Source: an uncultured Clostridia bacterium
GTDB lineage: Bacteria; Bacillota; Clostridia; Christensenellales; UBA1242
Direction of reading: 5' to 3'
Assembly (NCBI GenBank): GCA_937893125.1
Contig: CALBHW010000059.1
Location: forward strand, 17,838 to 81,837
DNA: 64,000 nt
In this document: positions 46,034 to 55,005 of the stretch, piece after piece
How the letters are laid out: the number at the start of each line of letters is the position of its first letter
Numbering within the stretch: the stretch's first letter is position 1
Made by a program: the position numbers and the translations under genes
Notes under the pieces: generated by a model
The model's database searches: none
Told to the model about the DNA's origin: nothing
What the model saw: the letters and a program-made list of their open reading frames with translations, nothing else

Positions 46034-47038
46034 ATGGGGATAAAACCTTGTAAAAAGACCTATTTTGAAAAAAAAATGATAGAATTTAGCGATTTAATTA
46101 GTAAAAATATTCAATATAAAGAACTTATTTCGCAAACGCAAAACTGTGCGTCTTTTTTGTTTTCGTCGCCAGATGAGGTGTTGGTGACAAATTTTTCGTA
46201 TATGTTTGCAAAGTTTTTACTTTGCTCGAGCGAAAATAAACCTTGCGGATTATGTGAAAATTGCAAAAAAGTTGACCTTTTATCTCATAGCGACCTTATT
46301 ATTTATCCTAAAAACCACAAGGGGATATTGGTCGAAGATATTAAAAATTTGATTGATAATGTATATCTTTCGCCTGTTGAAAGTGACAAAAAGGTGTTTG
46401 TTTTGAACAATTTTTCGCTTGCGACCATACAATCGCAAAATAAATTGCTTAAAATTCTCGAAGAACCACCTAGAAATGTTTATATAATTTTAAATGTAAC
46501 AAACGAAAGTAAAGTCTTGCCAACGATTTTTTCTAGGTGCAAAAAAATTAGATTAAACAAACTTAGTGACGATGAAATTGTTTTGGCGCTAAAAGACAAA
46601 GCGACAGACAGTGTCGTTGACCTCGCGACGGGGGATTTAACTAAGGCGCTAAACTTTTCAAAAGATACGTATTTTGTTGAAACTTACAAAGCTTGCCTTG
46701 ATACATTAAAAAATATGAAAGACAGTAAAATGGTGCTTAATTTTAGCACTAGGCTCGTGAGTAAAAAGGGCGAAATAGGGACTGTTCTTACCATTTTAGA
46801 GTCTTTTTATCGCGATATGCTTTTAATTAGATTAGGGCAAGAGAGCCTTGTCAAAAATCAAAATATTTTATTAGAATTAAAAACAATTTCGCTAGATTAC
46901 GACGCCGACGCTATCGATAAAATTATAAAAAAACTTTACGAAGTTAAACGCGCGGTTGATTTTAATTGCAATGAAAGTTATCTAATTGACAACCTTTTGT
47001 TGTACATTTTGGAGGTAAAATATTTATGCAAATTGTAG
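46034..47038 (+). CDS. holB: DNA polymerase III delta-prime subunit (HolB)
   Basis: Degenerate P-loop region (FLFSSPDEV), zinc module CGLCENCKK, the sensor motif TIFSRCKKI, and clamp-loader AAA+ layout. The start is uncertain: ATG 46076 (MIEFSDL...) is an alternative. An extended -10-like TGATATTAT lies at 46007-46015. Confidence 0.85.
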   Translation: MGIKPCKKTYFEKKMIEFSDLISKNIQYKELISQTQNCASFLFSSPDEVLVTNFSYMFAKFLLCSSENKPCGLCENCKKVDLLSHSDLIIYPKNHKGILVEDIKNLIDNVYLSPVESDKKVFVLNNFSLATIQSQNKLLKILEEPPRNVYIILNVTNESKVLPTIFSRCKKIRLNKLSDDEIVLALKDKATDSVVDLATGDLTKALNFSKDTYFVETYKACLDTLKNMKDSKMVLNFSTRLVSKKGEIGTVLTILESFYRDMLLIRLGQESLVKNQNILLELKTISLDYDADAIDKIIKKLYEVKRAVDFNCNESYLIDNLLLYILEVKYLCKL

Positions 47039-48114
47039 AAGTTAGATTGAAATTCGATAGTAGATTATATACTCTTTTTAACAACAAATTTGACCTTAAA
47101 AAGGGCGATTTTGTCGTGTGCGAAAGTGCTGTTGGGGAAAGTTACGGACAAGTTGAATGTGTGAAAGATTTTCACGAGAAGTTGCCAGATGACGCAAAAA
47201 ATATTTTAAGAATTGCAAACGAAGCGGACGCAAAACATTACGAAGATGTTGTCCAAAAATCGCGTGAAGCGGTTAAAACAACGGAAGAACTTGTAAAAAG
47301 ACTTGGTCTTGAAATGAATGTCGTTAACGCGGAATATTCTTTTGATTTGTCAAAAGTTGTTATAGATTTTATTGCGGAAGATAGAGTTGATTTTCGCGAC
47401 CTTATAAAAGAACTCGTATCTACACTTAAAACAAGAATCGAACTTAAACAAATCGGCATTCGCGAGCAGGCAAAAATTGTAGGTGGAATCGGAATCTGCG
47501 GACGTCCTTGTTGTTGTAGCTCATATTTAAAGGATTTTGAAAAGGTGTCAATTAAAATGGCAAAAGTTCAAGGACTTGCACTTAATCCACAAAAAATTAG
47601 TGGCGCGTGCGGACGACTTATGTGTTGCCTTAGTTACGAAAACGAATTTTATTCGGATATGTCAAAAAATATGCCAAAAATCAATAGCGAAGTTGAGACA
47701 AATGACGGAAAAGGAACTGTAGTTTATCAAAATATGTTAAAGGAAACTGTTTCAGTGAAGTTTGTTGATAATGACGGAACAACAACAATAAAGGACTACA
47801 ATTTAAAGGATATAAAATTTAAGTCGCAAGTTAAGCCTTCAAATGAAACGGTTTTAAGTGCAAAAGAAGAAAACAGAAAACAAGTTGAAAATAAAGAAAA
47901 TTTACAAAAAAGTGCAAAAAATATAAATAAATCAACAAAAATTGACCAAAAAACAAGTAAAAGCAACCAAAACCCAGGTAAAACAAGCGAAAAACATAAT
48001 AATGTTAAAACGCAAGAAAAGGACGCGAAACCAAATAAAACAGATAAAAAGGTCAATTTTAATCAAAAGAAACCAAATAGAAAGAAATTTCATTTGGGCA
48101 AAGAGAGCAAATAA
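47026..48114 (+). CDS. ricT: PSP1-domain protein RicT/YaaT with a Lys-rich C-terminal extension
   Basis: GGAGG RBS. Overlaps the holB end by 13 nt. Cys-rich PSP1 core: GICGRPCCCSSYLKDFEKVSIKMAKVQGLALNPQKISGACGRLMCCLSYE. The last ~100 aa are K/N/Q-rich low complexity. Confidence 0.9.
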   Translation: MQIVEVRLKFDSRLYTLFNNKFDLKKGDFVVCESAVGESYGQVECVKDFHEKLPDDAKNILRIANEADAKHYEDVVQKSREAVKTTEELVKRLGLEMNVVNAEYSFDLSKVVIDFIAEDRVDFRDLIKELVSTLKTRIELKQIGIREQAKIVGGIGICGRPCCCSSYLKDFEKVSIKMAKVQGLALNPQKISGACGRLMCCLSYENEFYSDMSKNMPKINSEVETNDGKGTVVYQNMLKETVSVKFVDNDGTTTIKDYNLKDIKFKSQVKPSNETVLSAKEENRKQVENKENLQKSAKNINKSTKIDQKTSKSNQNPGKTSEKHNNVKTQEKDAKPNKTDKKVNFNQKKPNRKKFHLGKESK

Positions 48115-48785
48115 TGGTTGATATAAATCAAAACCAATTTTATATAAAAGATGACGAAAAGTTAGAACCACTCTTGATTGGTGATTATAAAATTTTGCAA
48201 AGTAGCAAAAAATATAGATTTTCACGTGATAGTGTTCTTTTGGCGGACTTTTGCGAAATTAAGAAAAGTGATTTTGTTGTTGATTTTTGCTCAGGAAGTG
48301 GAATTGTAGCCTTTTTGGTTAAAATTAACAAAAATCCCTATAAAATTGTTGGGCTTGAAATCGATAGTGAGTTTGTAGATATGGCTAATAGGTCTAAGAT
48401 GTACAACAAGTTTGATAATGTTGACTTTATAAACGGAGATGTGAAACTTGCAACAAATTTCTTTAAAAAGGGAAGTGTCGATGTTATTACTTGCAACCCA
48501 CCTTACTACAAAAATCTTCCAACAAACACAATTTGTCAAAATGAGCGCGCAAAGTATGAAGTTGAATTGAATTTAGAAAATTTACTTAAAAGTGCAAGTG
48601 ATATTTTAAAAACTAATGGAAAACTTTTTATGAGTTATAGAGTGGATAGGCTTCAAGAACTGTGCGTTGTCGCAAAAGAAAATAACTTATGCTTAAAAAA
48701 GATCAAATTTATAAAAGAATCAAACAACAACATTATGCTTGCCAAGTTTGTAAAAAATGGTAAATATGGCGTGAAAATCGAATAA
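48114..48785 (+). CDS. SAM-dependent methyltransferase, YabB/TrmN6-like (N6-adenine type NPPY motif)
   Basis: SAM-binding motif VVDFCSGSGIVAFL and catalytic CNPPYY. The start overlaps the ricT stop (TAATG). Its position after ricT matches yabB in Bacillus. Confidence 0.8.
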   Translation: MVDINQNQFYIKDDEKLEPLLIGDYKILQSSKKYRFSRDSVLLADFCEIKKSDFVVDFCSGSGIVAFLVKINKNPYKIVGLEIDSEFVDMANRSKMYNKFDNVDFINGDVKLATNFFKKGSVDVITCNPPYYKNLPTNTICQNERAKYEVELNLENLLKSASDILKTNGKLFMSYRVDRLQELCVVAKENNLCLKKIKFIKESNNNIMLAKFVKNGKYGVKIE

Positions 48786-48894
48786 TTTTGCTTATTTTTC
48801 AGGGAGTGAGTAAATTTTACCTTTTATACTCCAATTATAAAAAAGTTTTTTTAAAAAATTTAAGTAGAAGTGTAACAACTTTTACTTATTTTTT

Positions 48895-49401
48895 TTACAT
48901 AAATCTACATAATAGACAACTTATAACCGTTCCTGCAAGGGTTGCAATTAGTGCACAAGGGACGGCATAAAAAAGGCGTTTGACTTTTACTTGTGAAAGG
49001 TAAAGTGTTGTTACATAAAATACCGTGTCGCAACTTCCGACAATGACGCTTGCACATCTCCCTATATAACTATCCACACCATAAGTTGAGAAAATGTCAT
49101 TTAAAATTGCAAGACTGCCATTCCCAGAAAAGGGCTTTAGAAGCACAAGTTCACAAAGTTCACTAGGGATACCAATTAAGTTAAATGCGGGCGAAATAAA
49201 ATGTGCAATAAGGGAAGCTAGTCCACTTATTCTAATAAATTGCACCATAATCATTATTGTGACAAGATAGGGAAAAATGCTTACAACAAGCGGGATGCTT
49301 TGTTTTGCGCCACCAATAAAAGAACTATAAACATTGACTTTTTTCATTTTTGCATAAACAAAAGTGAAAAGTATTAAAACGGGAAGAAGATATATACTCA
49401 T
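48895..49401 (-). CDS. spmB: Spore maturation protein B (nucleoside-recognition-domain membrane protein)
   Basis: 168-aa polytopic membrane protein immediately downstream of spmA. Sequence is SpmB-like (GIPSELCELVLLKPFSGNGSLAIL). Confidence 0.8.
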   Translation of the reverse strand: MSIYLLPVLILFTFVYAKMKKVNVYSSFIGGAKQSIPLVVSIFPYLVTIMIMVQFIRISGLASLIAHFISPAFNLIGIPSELCELVLLKPFSGNGSLAILNDIFSTYGVDSYIGRCASVIVGSCDTVFYVTTLYLSQVKVKRLFYAVPCALIATLAGTVISCLLCRFM

Positions 49402-49522
49402 TTGAATCCTTTATTTTTTGAAGGTTTTTGAGCCTTTATTTTTAAAATGCAATCTTTTGTAAGACTACTAAAAATTTTTAAAGTGACAAAAAGAGAAATG
49501 TTTATAAATGCAATTAAATATC

Positions 49523-50095
49523 TCATTTTTTTGCTCTTTTTTTTCTATATTTTTCGCATAAAAGTGCAAGCGCTATGCCTACTACTGTCGTCAAAATTGC
49601 TGAAATGATTGTCGGAAGGATTATGCTACTTGCACTAGCACTTCCTGCCGTTATTCTAAGACCTATAACGGTCGTCGGCAAAATTTGCATTGAAGTTGAC
49701 GCGAAAATTATAAGCATCATCATAGGTCTATTGGCGTCACCGCTACCGTCGTCAAGACGTTTCATAGCGCGCATTCCTAGTGGAGTTGCAGCGCCACCCA
49801 TACCTAAAATATTACAGGAAATGTTCATACAAATAAGTTCGTTTGTTTCTTCGTCCAAATTTCCAAAAATTTTTCTAGTAACTGGCGTCAAAAATTTTGA
49901 CAATTTTTTATTCATTCCGCTGTCCTCCATAACCTGTAAAATCCCAAGCCACACGGAATAAATGGCGCAAAGGCTAAGACAAAGTTTTAATGTGCTTTCA
50001 CTTGCTTCTAGCATGGACGGAAGGACGATTTCGGGGTTAATATATAGCAAAATACATATGGACACTACAATGAGCCAAAACCAAATTTTATTCAT
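49523..50095 (-). CDS. spmA: Spore maturation protein A (nucleoside-recognition-domain membrane protein)
   Basis: 190-aa membrane protein with the SpmA-like motif NILGMGGAATPLGMRAMKRL. Confidence 0.8.
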   Translation of the reverse strand: MNKIWFWLIVVSICILLYINPEIVLPSMLEASESTLKLCLSLCAIYSVWLGILQVMEDSGMNKKLSKFLTPVTRKIFGNLDEETNELICMNISCNILGMGGAATPLGMRAMKRLDDGSGDANRPMMMLIIFASTSMQILPTTVIGLRITAGSASASSIILPTIISAILTTVVGIALALLCEKYRKKRAKK

Positions 50096-50145
50096 AATAA
50101 TACTTATGTTTTTTCAAAAAAGACTATGCAAAAAAAGTTGTCCCG

Positions 50146-50154
50146 TGATATAAT
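50146..50154 (+). promoter_or_regulatory. Extended -10 promoter element (TGATATAAT) immediately upstream of tatD
   Basis: Consensus TGnTATAAT ends 6 nt before the tatD ATG (50161). No Shine-Dalgarno lies between them. Confidence 0.5.
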
Positions 50155-50160
50155 ACAAAT

Positions 50161-50922
50161 ATGTTAGATGCACATTGTCATATTTATGACTCAAAATTAG
50201 ACGATAAAAGAGACGAAATACTAAAAAATTTGTCGCAAACTGGACAAATTTGCATTTGTAGTAGCGACAACGTCGAAAATAGTAAAAAAAGTGTCGAACT
50301 TGCCCAAAAATACGATTTTATCTACGCTACTGTTGGCACACATCCACACGAAGTAGAACAATTTTTAGATTCCGATTTAGACATTTATCGGGAAATGTTA
50401 AAAAGCAAAAAAGTTGTTGCTGTTGGGGAAATTGGGCTTGATTATTATTATGATAAAGACATAAAAGAAAAGCAAAAAGAAGTCCTTGTGAAACAAATTA
50501 AATTTGCGGATGAGGTAAATAAACCTTGCGTTTTTCACATTCGCGAAGCAACAGAAGATTTTATAAATATTCTTAAAGAGAATAAAAAATATTTTAAACG
50601 ACCTTCGATGATTCATTCGTTTAGCGGGAGCATTGAGACTGCAAAATTCTATCTTGATATGGGTTTATATATTTCCATAAATGGAATAGCAACCTTTAAA
50701 AATGCGGGCAAGATTTTAGATGTTATAAAATTTGTTCCACTTGAAAAAATGCTTATAGAAACAGACAGTCCATATTTAACGCCCGTTCCACATCGTGGAG
50801 AGACAAATAGACCCGAATATGTCTATTTTGTGGCACAAAAGATTGCTGAAATCAAGGGCGAAAGCGTAGAAAAAGTGATAACACAAACTGAAAACAACGC
50901 AAAAAAGCTTTTTAGCATTTAA
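50161..50922 (+). CDS. tatD: TatD-family metal-dependent hydrolase/DNase (YabD-like)
   Basis: N-terminal MLDAHCHI metal-binding motif, plus GEIGLDYYY, IHSFSG and ETDSPYLTPVPHRG. Confidence 0.92.
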   Translation: MLDAHCHIYDSKLDDKRDEILKNLSQTGQICICSSDNVENSKKSVELAQKYDFIYATVGTHPHEVEQFLDSDLDIYREMLKSKKVVAVGEIGLDYYYDKDIKEKQKEVLVKQIKFADEVNKPCVFHIREATEDFINILKENKKYFKRPSMIHSFSGSIETAKFYLDMGLYISINGIATFKNAGKILDVIKFVPLEKMLIETDSPYLTPVPHRGETNRPEYVYFVAQKIAEIKGESVEKVITQTENNAKKLFSI

Positions 50923-50966
50923 TTTGACTGGCACAAAATTAGCCATTTTTTGATGTAAAAATGAGT

Positions 50967-50999
50967 GTTATCCACAAAAAATGCGTTACTGTGGATAAC
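50967..50999. promoter_or_regulatory. Inverted pair of perfect consensus DnaA boxes (also a 10-bp hairpin)
   Basis: TTATCCACA at 50968-50976 on the + strand. TGTGGATAA at 50990-50998 is TTATCCACA on the - strand. Together they form the inverted repeat GTTATCCACA-N13-TGTGGATAAC. Confidence 0.6.
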
Positions 51000-51025
51000 T
51001 TTAAATTAAAAAAGGGAAGAACAAA

Positions 51026-51835
51026 ATGCAAGATAAAAATTTTAAATTTAAAAAAGAATTTGGGCAAAACTTTATCTTTGATAAAGTCTTTTTGTCATCT
51101 CTTGTGAAATCTTTTTCTTTAGACCCAAAGTCAAATATCTTAGAAATTGGCGCTGGAATGGGAACATTAAGCGAATGTTTGGCAGAGAATTTTAAAAGAG
51201 TTGTTAGTTTTGAAATTGACAAAACTTTGACGGAGCATTTGGGAAAAGTTGAAAGTAGACACGGCAATTTGCATTTTGTTTTCCAAGATGTTTTAAAGGA
51301 AAACATAAATAAAATTGACGACATTTTTGGTGGCGAAAAATATTTTCTTATTGCAAATCTTCCTTATTACATTACTTCACCTATAATTTTTAAATTTTTG
51401 CTTGAAACAAATAATCTACTTGAAATGTTTGTTATGGTACAAAAAGAGGTTGGTGTGCGTTTTTGTGGGGAAGTTGGGTCAAAAGATTACGGTGTTCCGA
51501 CTGTTATTTTAAACACTTTTGGGGAAACTAGCATCGTTAAAAATGTGGGTAGAAAATTGTTTACCCCACCGCCAAAAGTTGATTCGTGTATTATTAAAAT
51601 CAGCCTAAATAAGAACAAATTTGATATTGACTTACCATCTCAATACCATAAATTTGTAAGTGCGTGTTTTGTCGCTAAAAGAAAGACTTTGTATAATAAT
51701 CTTTGTATGTCGGGAATTGATAAAAAAGCAGCAAAAGAGTTGATTTTGGGGCTTAATCTAAAAGAAAATGTACGGCCAGAAGAAGTTTCTTGTGAAAATT
51801 ATGTAAAACTTTACAAAATGATTTATTCAAAATAA
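51026..51835 (+). CDS. rsmA: 16S rRNA (adenine1518/1519-N6)-dimethyltransferase RsmA/KsgA
   Basis: Motifs FGQNFI, ILEIGAGMGTLS and ANLPYYITSPIIFK. Confidence 0.93.
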   Translation: MQDKNFKFKKEFGQNFIFDKVFLSSLVKSFSLDPKSNILEIGAGMGTLSECLAENFKRVVSFEIDKTLTEHLGKVESRHGNLHFVFQDVLKENINKIDDIFGGEKYFLIANLPYYITSPIIFKFLLETNNLLEMFVMVQKEVGVRFCGEVGSKDYGVPTVILNTFGETSIVKNVGRKLFTPPPKVDSCIIKISLNKNKFDIDLPSQYHKFVSACFVAKRKTLYNNLCMSGIDKKAAKELILGLNLKENVRPEEVSCENYVKLYKMIYSK

Positions 51836-51972
51836 TATAAAAAACACACTTTCAAAAGGAAATTCACATATAAATAACATAGTTTTACAAAAGTCGTCTT
51901 TTTTTGACAAAAGGCGGAAAGAATTTTGTAAAAAATTTTGTTATTATATAAAAAACTTTAGGAAGGTGTAAT

Positions 51973-53001
51973 GTGCAAGAACTTGCAAAAACTCTTATTC
52001 TAAATAACGACCACGACGGTGCTTTCAAGGCTATCGTGAGTTTAAAAAAGAAGGAAAAATCTAGCATAAAGTTTTTTGGCAAAAATAGTTTGCCAAGGAG
52101 CCTCGCTATTGGCATAAAACAAGACAAAAAAATTGTTAAAATTCCGCTAGACATAAAAGAGAATGCGGGAAAATTTGATTTGGGCGATGTCGATTTGTCG
52201 AACAAATTATTGTGTGCCGTGGTTGATATTTCAAACCCATTTTGTCCTGAGATTTTGCTTAGTGGAAGCCAAAATTCAAGTGTGGTCAATTCCAACATCG
52301 AAAATGCATTTGTGCAAGGAAAACCCGATGACGCGTCCGTTCTTTACGAAGAAACAAGTGACAATGATATTGAGAAATTGATTGATAAGAACTTGGAAGA
52401 TGACGCGAAAACAACATATTTTGACGCGTGCGCACACTGCAAATATAGAGAAGCCTTTTATAAGGAAGGCGGAAGTATGTGTTACAGAAAGACGCCAAGC
52501 CACGATGAAAGTGTGGTAAAACAAGGTGAGAAAAGTGATACTCAAATTTTATCTCAAAAAGAGCATAAACCAAACCAAAATTTTGAAAAAGATGTCATAA
52601 AAGAAGAAAAAACTAGTGATGATTCTTTAAATCACGAAGAAAATAGAGAAGAAGAGTCAAGGTCTTTTTATGACCAAGTTAAACCGCAAATTGACGCGCT
52701 TTTTAATAAATACGAGCCTTGTGACGACCTTTGCAATATGATTCCATATTCTAAATGGGTCAAAATTATTTACGACAAGGATAATAATTTTTATGTCTTA
52801 GGGCTGATTTTTGACGAAAGTGGCAATGTTTTGTATATTTGCTATGGAATGCCCGCAAGGAACTCAAATACTCCGCCAGACGAACTTGAAGAATACGCGG
52901 GATTTATTCCTAAAAATGCCCAAGAACCTGACGGCGAAGGGTATTTCGTCGTGTGCCAAGACGGCGAAACGGGGCGCACTCTGAAAATAGATTTGATGTA
53001 A
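51973..53001 (+). CDS. Hypothetical protein (342 aa)
   Basis: GTG start preceded by GGAAGGTG. Long ORF with non-repetitive composition, including an acidic/Ser-rich central region and the C-terminal segment WVKIIYDKDNNFYVLGLIFDESGNVLYICYGMP. No family recognised. Preferred over the overlapping 137-aa - strand ORF. Confidence 0.6.
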   Translation: MQELAKTLILNNDHDGAFKAIVSLKKKEKSSIKFFGKNSLPRSLAIGIKQDKKIVKIPLDIKENAGKFDLGDVDLSNKLLCAVVDISNPFCPEILLSGSQNSSVVNSNIENAFVQGKPDDASVLYEETSDNDIEKLIDKNLEDDAKTTYFDACAHCKYREAFYKEGGSMCYRKTPSHDESVVKQGEKSDTQILSQKEHKPNQNFEKDVIKEEKTSDDSLNHEENREEESRSFYDQVKPQIDALFNKYEPCDDLCNMIPYSKWVKIIYDKDNNFYVLGLIFDESGNVLYICYGMPARNSNTPPDELEEYAGFIPKNAQEPDGEGYFVVCQDGETGRTLKIDLM

Positions 53002-53196
53002 AATACAATTGCTAGGATTTATTTTAAGCGTGACTAAAATTTGTTTACATACAATTGTGGTTGGCGAAAGTAAATTAGTGCAAAATTAAGATAGTTTTAA
53101 ATGTCTACTTTTTAAGCGTTATCTAATGCTTTTTTAAGTCACGAAAACTTTTTTTAATTAAAACAACATATAAATAGTTATTTTTAGTCTAAATAA

Positions 53197-53225
53197 TTGA
53201 CAAATGGATAGAATTTTGATAGTAT
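53197..53225 (+). promoter_or_regulatory. Putative sigma-A-type promoter upstream of the lipoprotein gene
   Basis: TTGACA (53197-53202), a 17-nt spacer, then TAGTAT (53220-53225), with TG at the extended -10 position (TGATAGTAT). Confidence 0.45.
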
Positions 53226-53353
53226 TCTTGTTGTAAATGACCATAAGGGGAAGTTTTTGCTTTAAAAAGACGAATAAACCCCAAAAATTGCTTTTATATA
53301 AGGCTTAAAGGTGGTTTTTACACAACATTTTACATTTAAAAGAGGTTTAGACT

Positions 53354-54760
53354 TTGAAAAAGAAATTTTTAGCGGTTCTATCATTTGTTTTTATGTTCGC
53401 TCTTGTGCTTTTTGGATGTAGTTCCATTCATTTGTCAAACGGCCCAAGTTCAACTGACCCTGTCTACGGAAACGGCGGATCAGCAGTTGTTAAGGGCGAC
53501 TATCTATATTTTGCAAATGCTTTTATTGACTACAATTTGCTTAATAATGGCGACAATGTGTACGATAAAAAGAGCGAATTTACGCCATATGCAATTTATA
53601 GAACAAAACTTAACAGCGCGGGAAGAGTTGTTCTAAACGATGAAGGCGTCCCTGAAAAAGCGGAACTTTTGACTTACAATATCGGGGGATATGAATATGC
53701 GGGACTTTACATTTTTGGGAACTATTTGTACTACACAACTCCATATTCAAATACAACTAGCAGTAACGAAACAAAGAGAGGTCGTGTGAGGTTTGAAAGA
53801 GTTGCTCTTGACGGCACGGGACACGAAATTGTTTATAAAGCGGACGACTACACAAGCGAATGCGAATACAAAATGGTTTACATTGACGGAAATGTTTTTA
53901 TTGTTTATAAGACAAAAGACAAAGAAATAAAACTTATTTCTGTCGACGCAAGGAAAAATGTTAAGACTTCTTCAATTGCGACATCGATTGAATCGTATGC
54001 AGTTTTTGACCAAAAAAATATCGATAAGGATAACAAAGTTTCTGATGTCAACAAATACATTTATTATGTCTTAAAAGAAAACGACGAGTACGTAATGTAT
54101 AGGGCGAATTTCTTTACAAAAGAAAGTGAAGTCTTTATGCGTGGCGGGGCGGATGAAATTGTCGTGAAAGAAGTTAGAAATGATAGGGTTTATTATACTG
54201 AAGGTGGTAAGTTGTATTCAAGAATTGATAGTAACCTTGTCAAAAAGTATTCGGATATTTCAACGGCTTCGGATAGTAGTAGCGTAAGTTCAATTTCAAG
54301 TTATCTTGTTTTGGACGGTACACTTGGGAATTTGGATAGAGGTGTTATAGGTGTTCTTAAAAATGATTCAAACTATTATGTAACATATTTTAATAGCACA
54401 TATTCAAGAGAAATCGAACTTTCGGACGACAAGTCAAAGGATGTTACACTTATCGCTTCACAAGAAAATCATTTCTTTTATCAAATAAGCGGAGATGACG
54501 CACTTTATAGATGTGATTTGAACTTTGATGTCGTGTCGGGCGTTTATAGGGTTGAAAATTATTCAACAACAAAAATTGCAACGAAATTTTCTTCAACAGT
54601 AAGCGATAAAACAATGTTTGACTTTGACAACGACAGAATTTATGTCTATGAACAAGTCGACAATTCAATTTATAGTTATCTTACAATGTATATGACAAAT
54701 GTAGATTTTGCTTTTAAAGATGGAGAAAATCTTGTTGGGCAATATATCGGGAATAAGTAA
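53354..54760 (+). CDS. Predicted lipoprotein with beta-propeller-like repeats (DUF5050-like)
   Basis: TTG start with an AAAGAGG RBS. Signal peptide with lipobox MKKKFLAVLSFVFMFALVLFGCSS. Recurrent Y-rich blade-like segments are present (GDYLYFAN, GNYLYYTTP, RVYYTEGGKLYS, HFFYQISGDDALYRC). Confidence 0.7.
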   Translation: MKKKFLAVLSFVFMFALVLFGCSSIHLSNGPSSTDPVYGNGGSAVVKGDYLYFANAFIDYNLLNNGDNVYDKKSEFTPYAIYRTKLNSAGRVVLNDEGVPEKAELLTYNIGGYEYAGLYIFGNYLYYTTPYSNTTSSNETKRGRVRFERVALDGTGHEIVYKADDYTSECEYKMVYIDGNVFIVYKTKDKEIKLISVDARKNVKTSSIATSIESYAVFDQKNIDKDNKVSDVNKYIYYVLKENDEYVMYRANFFTKESEVFMRGGADEIVVKEVRNDRVYYTEGGKLYSRIDSNLVKKYSDISTASDSSSVSSISSYLVLDGTLGNLDRGVIGVLKNDSNYYVTYFNSTYSREIELSDDKSKDVTLIASQENHFFYQISGDDALYRCDLNFDVVSGVYRVENYSTTKIATKFSSTVSDKTMFDFDNDRIYVYEQVDNSIYSYLTMYMTNVDFAFKDGENLVGQYIGNK

Positions 54761-54909
54761 GTCACTTTTATTTTAATTCAAAAATTAAAAGGGCTGGTAA
54801 AAAAAATAGTAAAAAATGTGTGATTTTAGGGACAAGAGGTCAATAAAAGTCATACATTTTTTTTGTAATTAAGACAAAACATTTGATAAAATTAAAAATA
54901 TATAATAAA

Positions 54910-54966
54910 TTCGATAATTTTTGTGAAAATAGTACCTTTTTCTACATTTTAAGACAAAATTCGACA
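54910..54966. promoter_or_regulatory. Candidate Spo0A boxes upstream of spo0A
   Basis: TTCGACA at 54960-54966 is the reverse complement of the 0A-box consensus TGTCGAA. A one-mismatch copy, TTCGATA, lies at 54910-54916. Both sit in the shared context AAATTCGA(C/T)AA, 50 nt apart. Confidence 0.4.
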
Positions 54967-54996
54967 AGGTTAAACTATAAATATCTTCTTTCTTTG

Positions 54997-55005
54997 TGCT
55001 ATCAT
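54997..55005 (+). promoter_or_regulatory. Extended -10-like element (TGCTATCAT) upstream of spo0A
   Basis: TGnTATCAT lies ~33 nt upstream of the spo0A ATG. No clear -35 element. Confidence 0.35.

Noticed and set aside
49575-50153. + strand ORFs (128 aa and 63 aa) over spmA
   Set aside because: They lie antisense to a well-supported membrane-protein gene (spmA) and have no RBS.
50967-50999. Interpreting the GTTATCCACA/TGTGGATAAC hairpin purely as the tatD terminator
   Set aside because: The loop is long (13 nt) and only three T residues follow. Exact identity of both arms to the DnaA-box consensus is better explained by protein binding. The terminator option is kept as the stated alternative in the finding.
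51885-52298. 137-aa - strand ORF overlapping the start of the 342-aa + strand ORF
   Set aside because: It is shorter and has a low-quality sequence with no RBS. The + strand ORF is longer, has GGAAGGTG before its GTG, and fits the + strand operon context.
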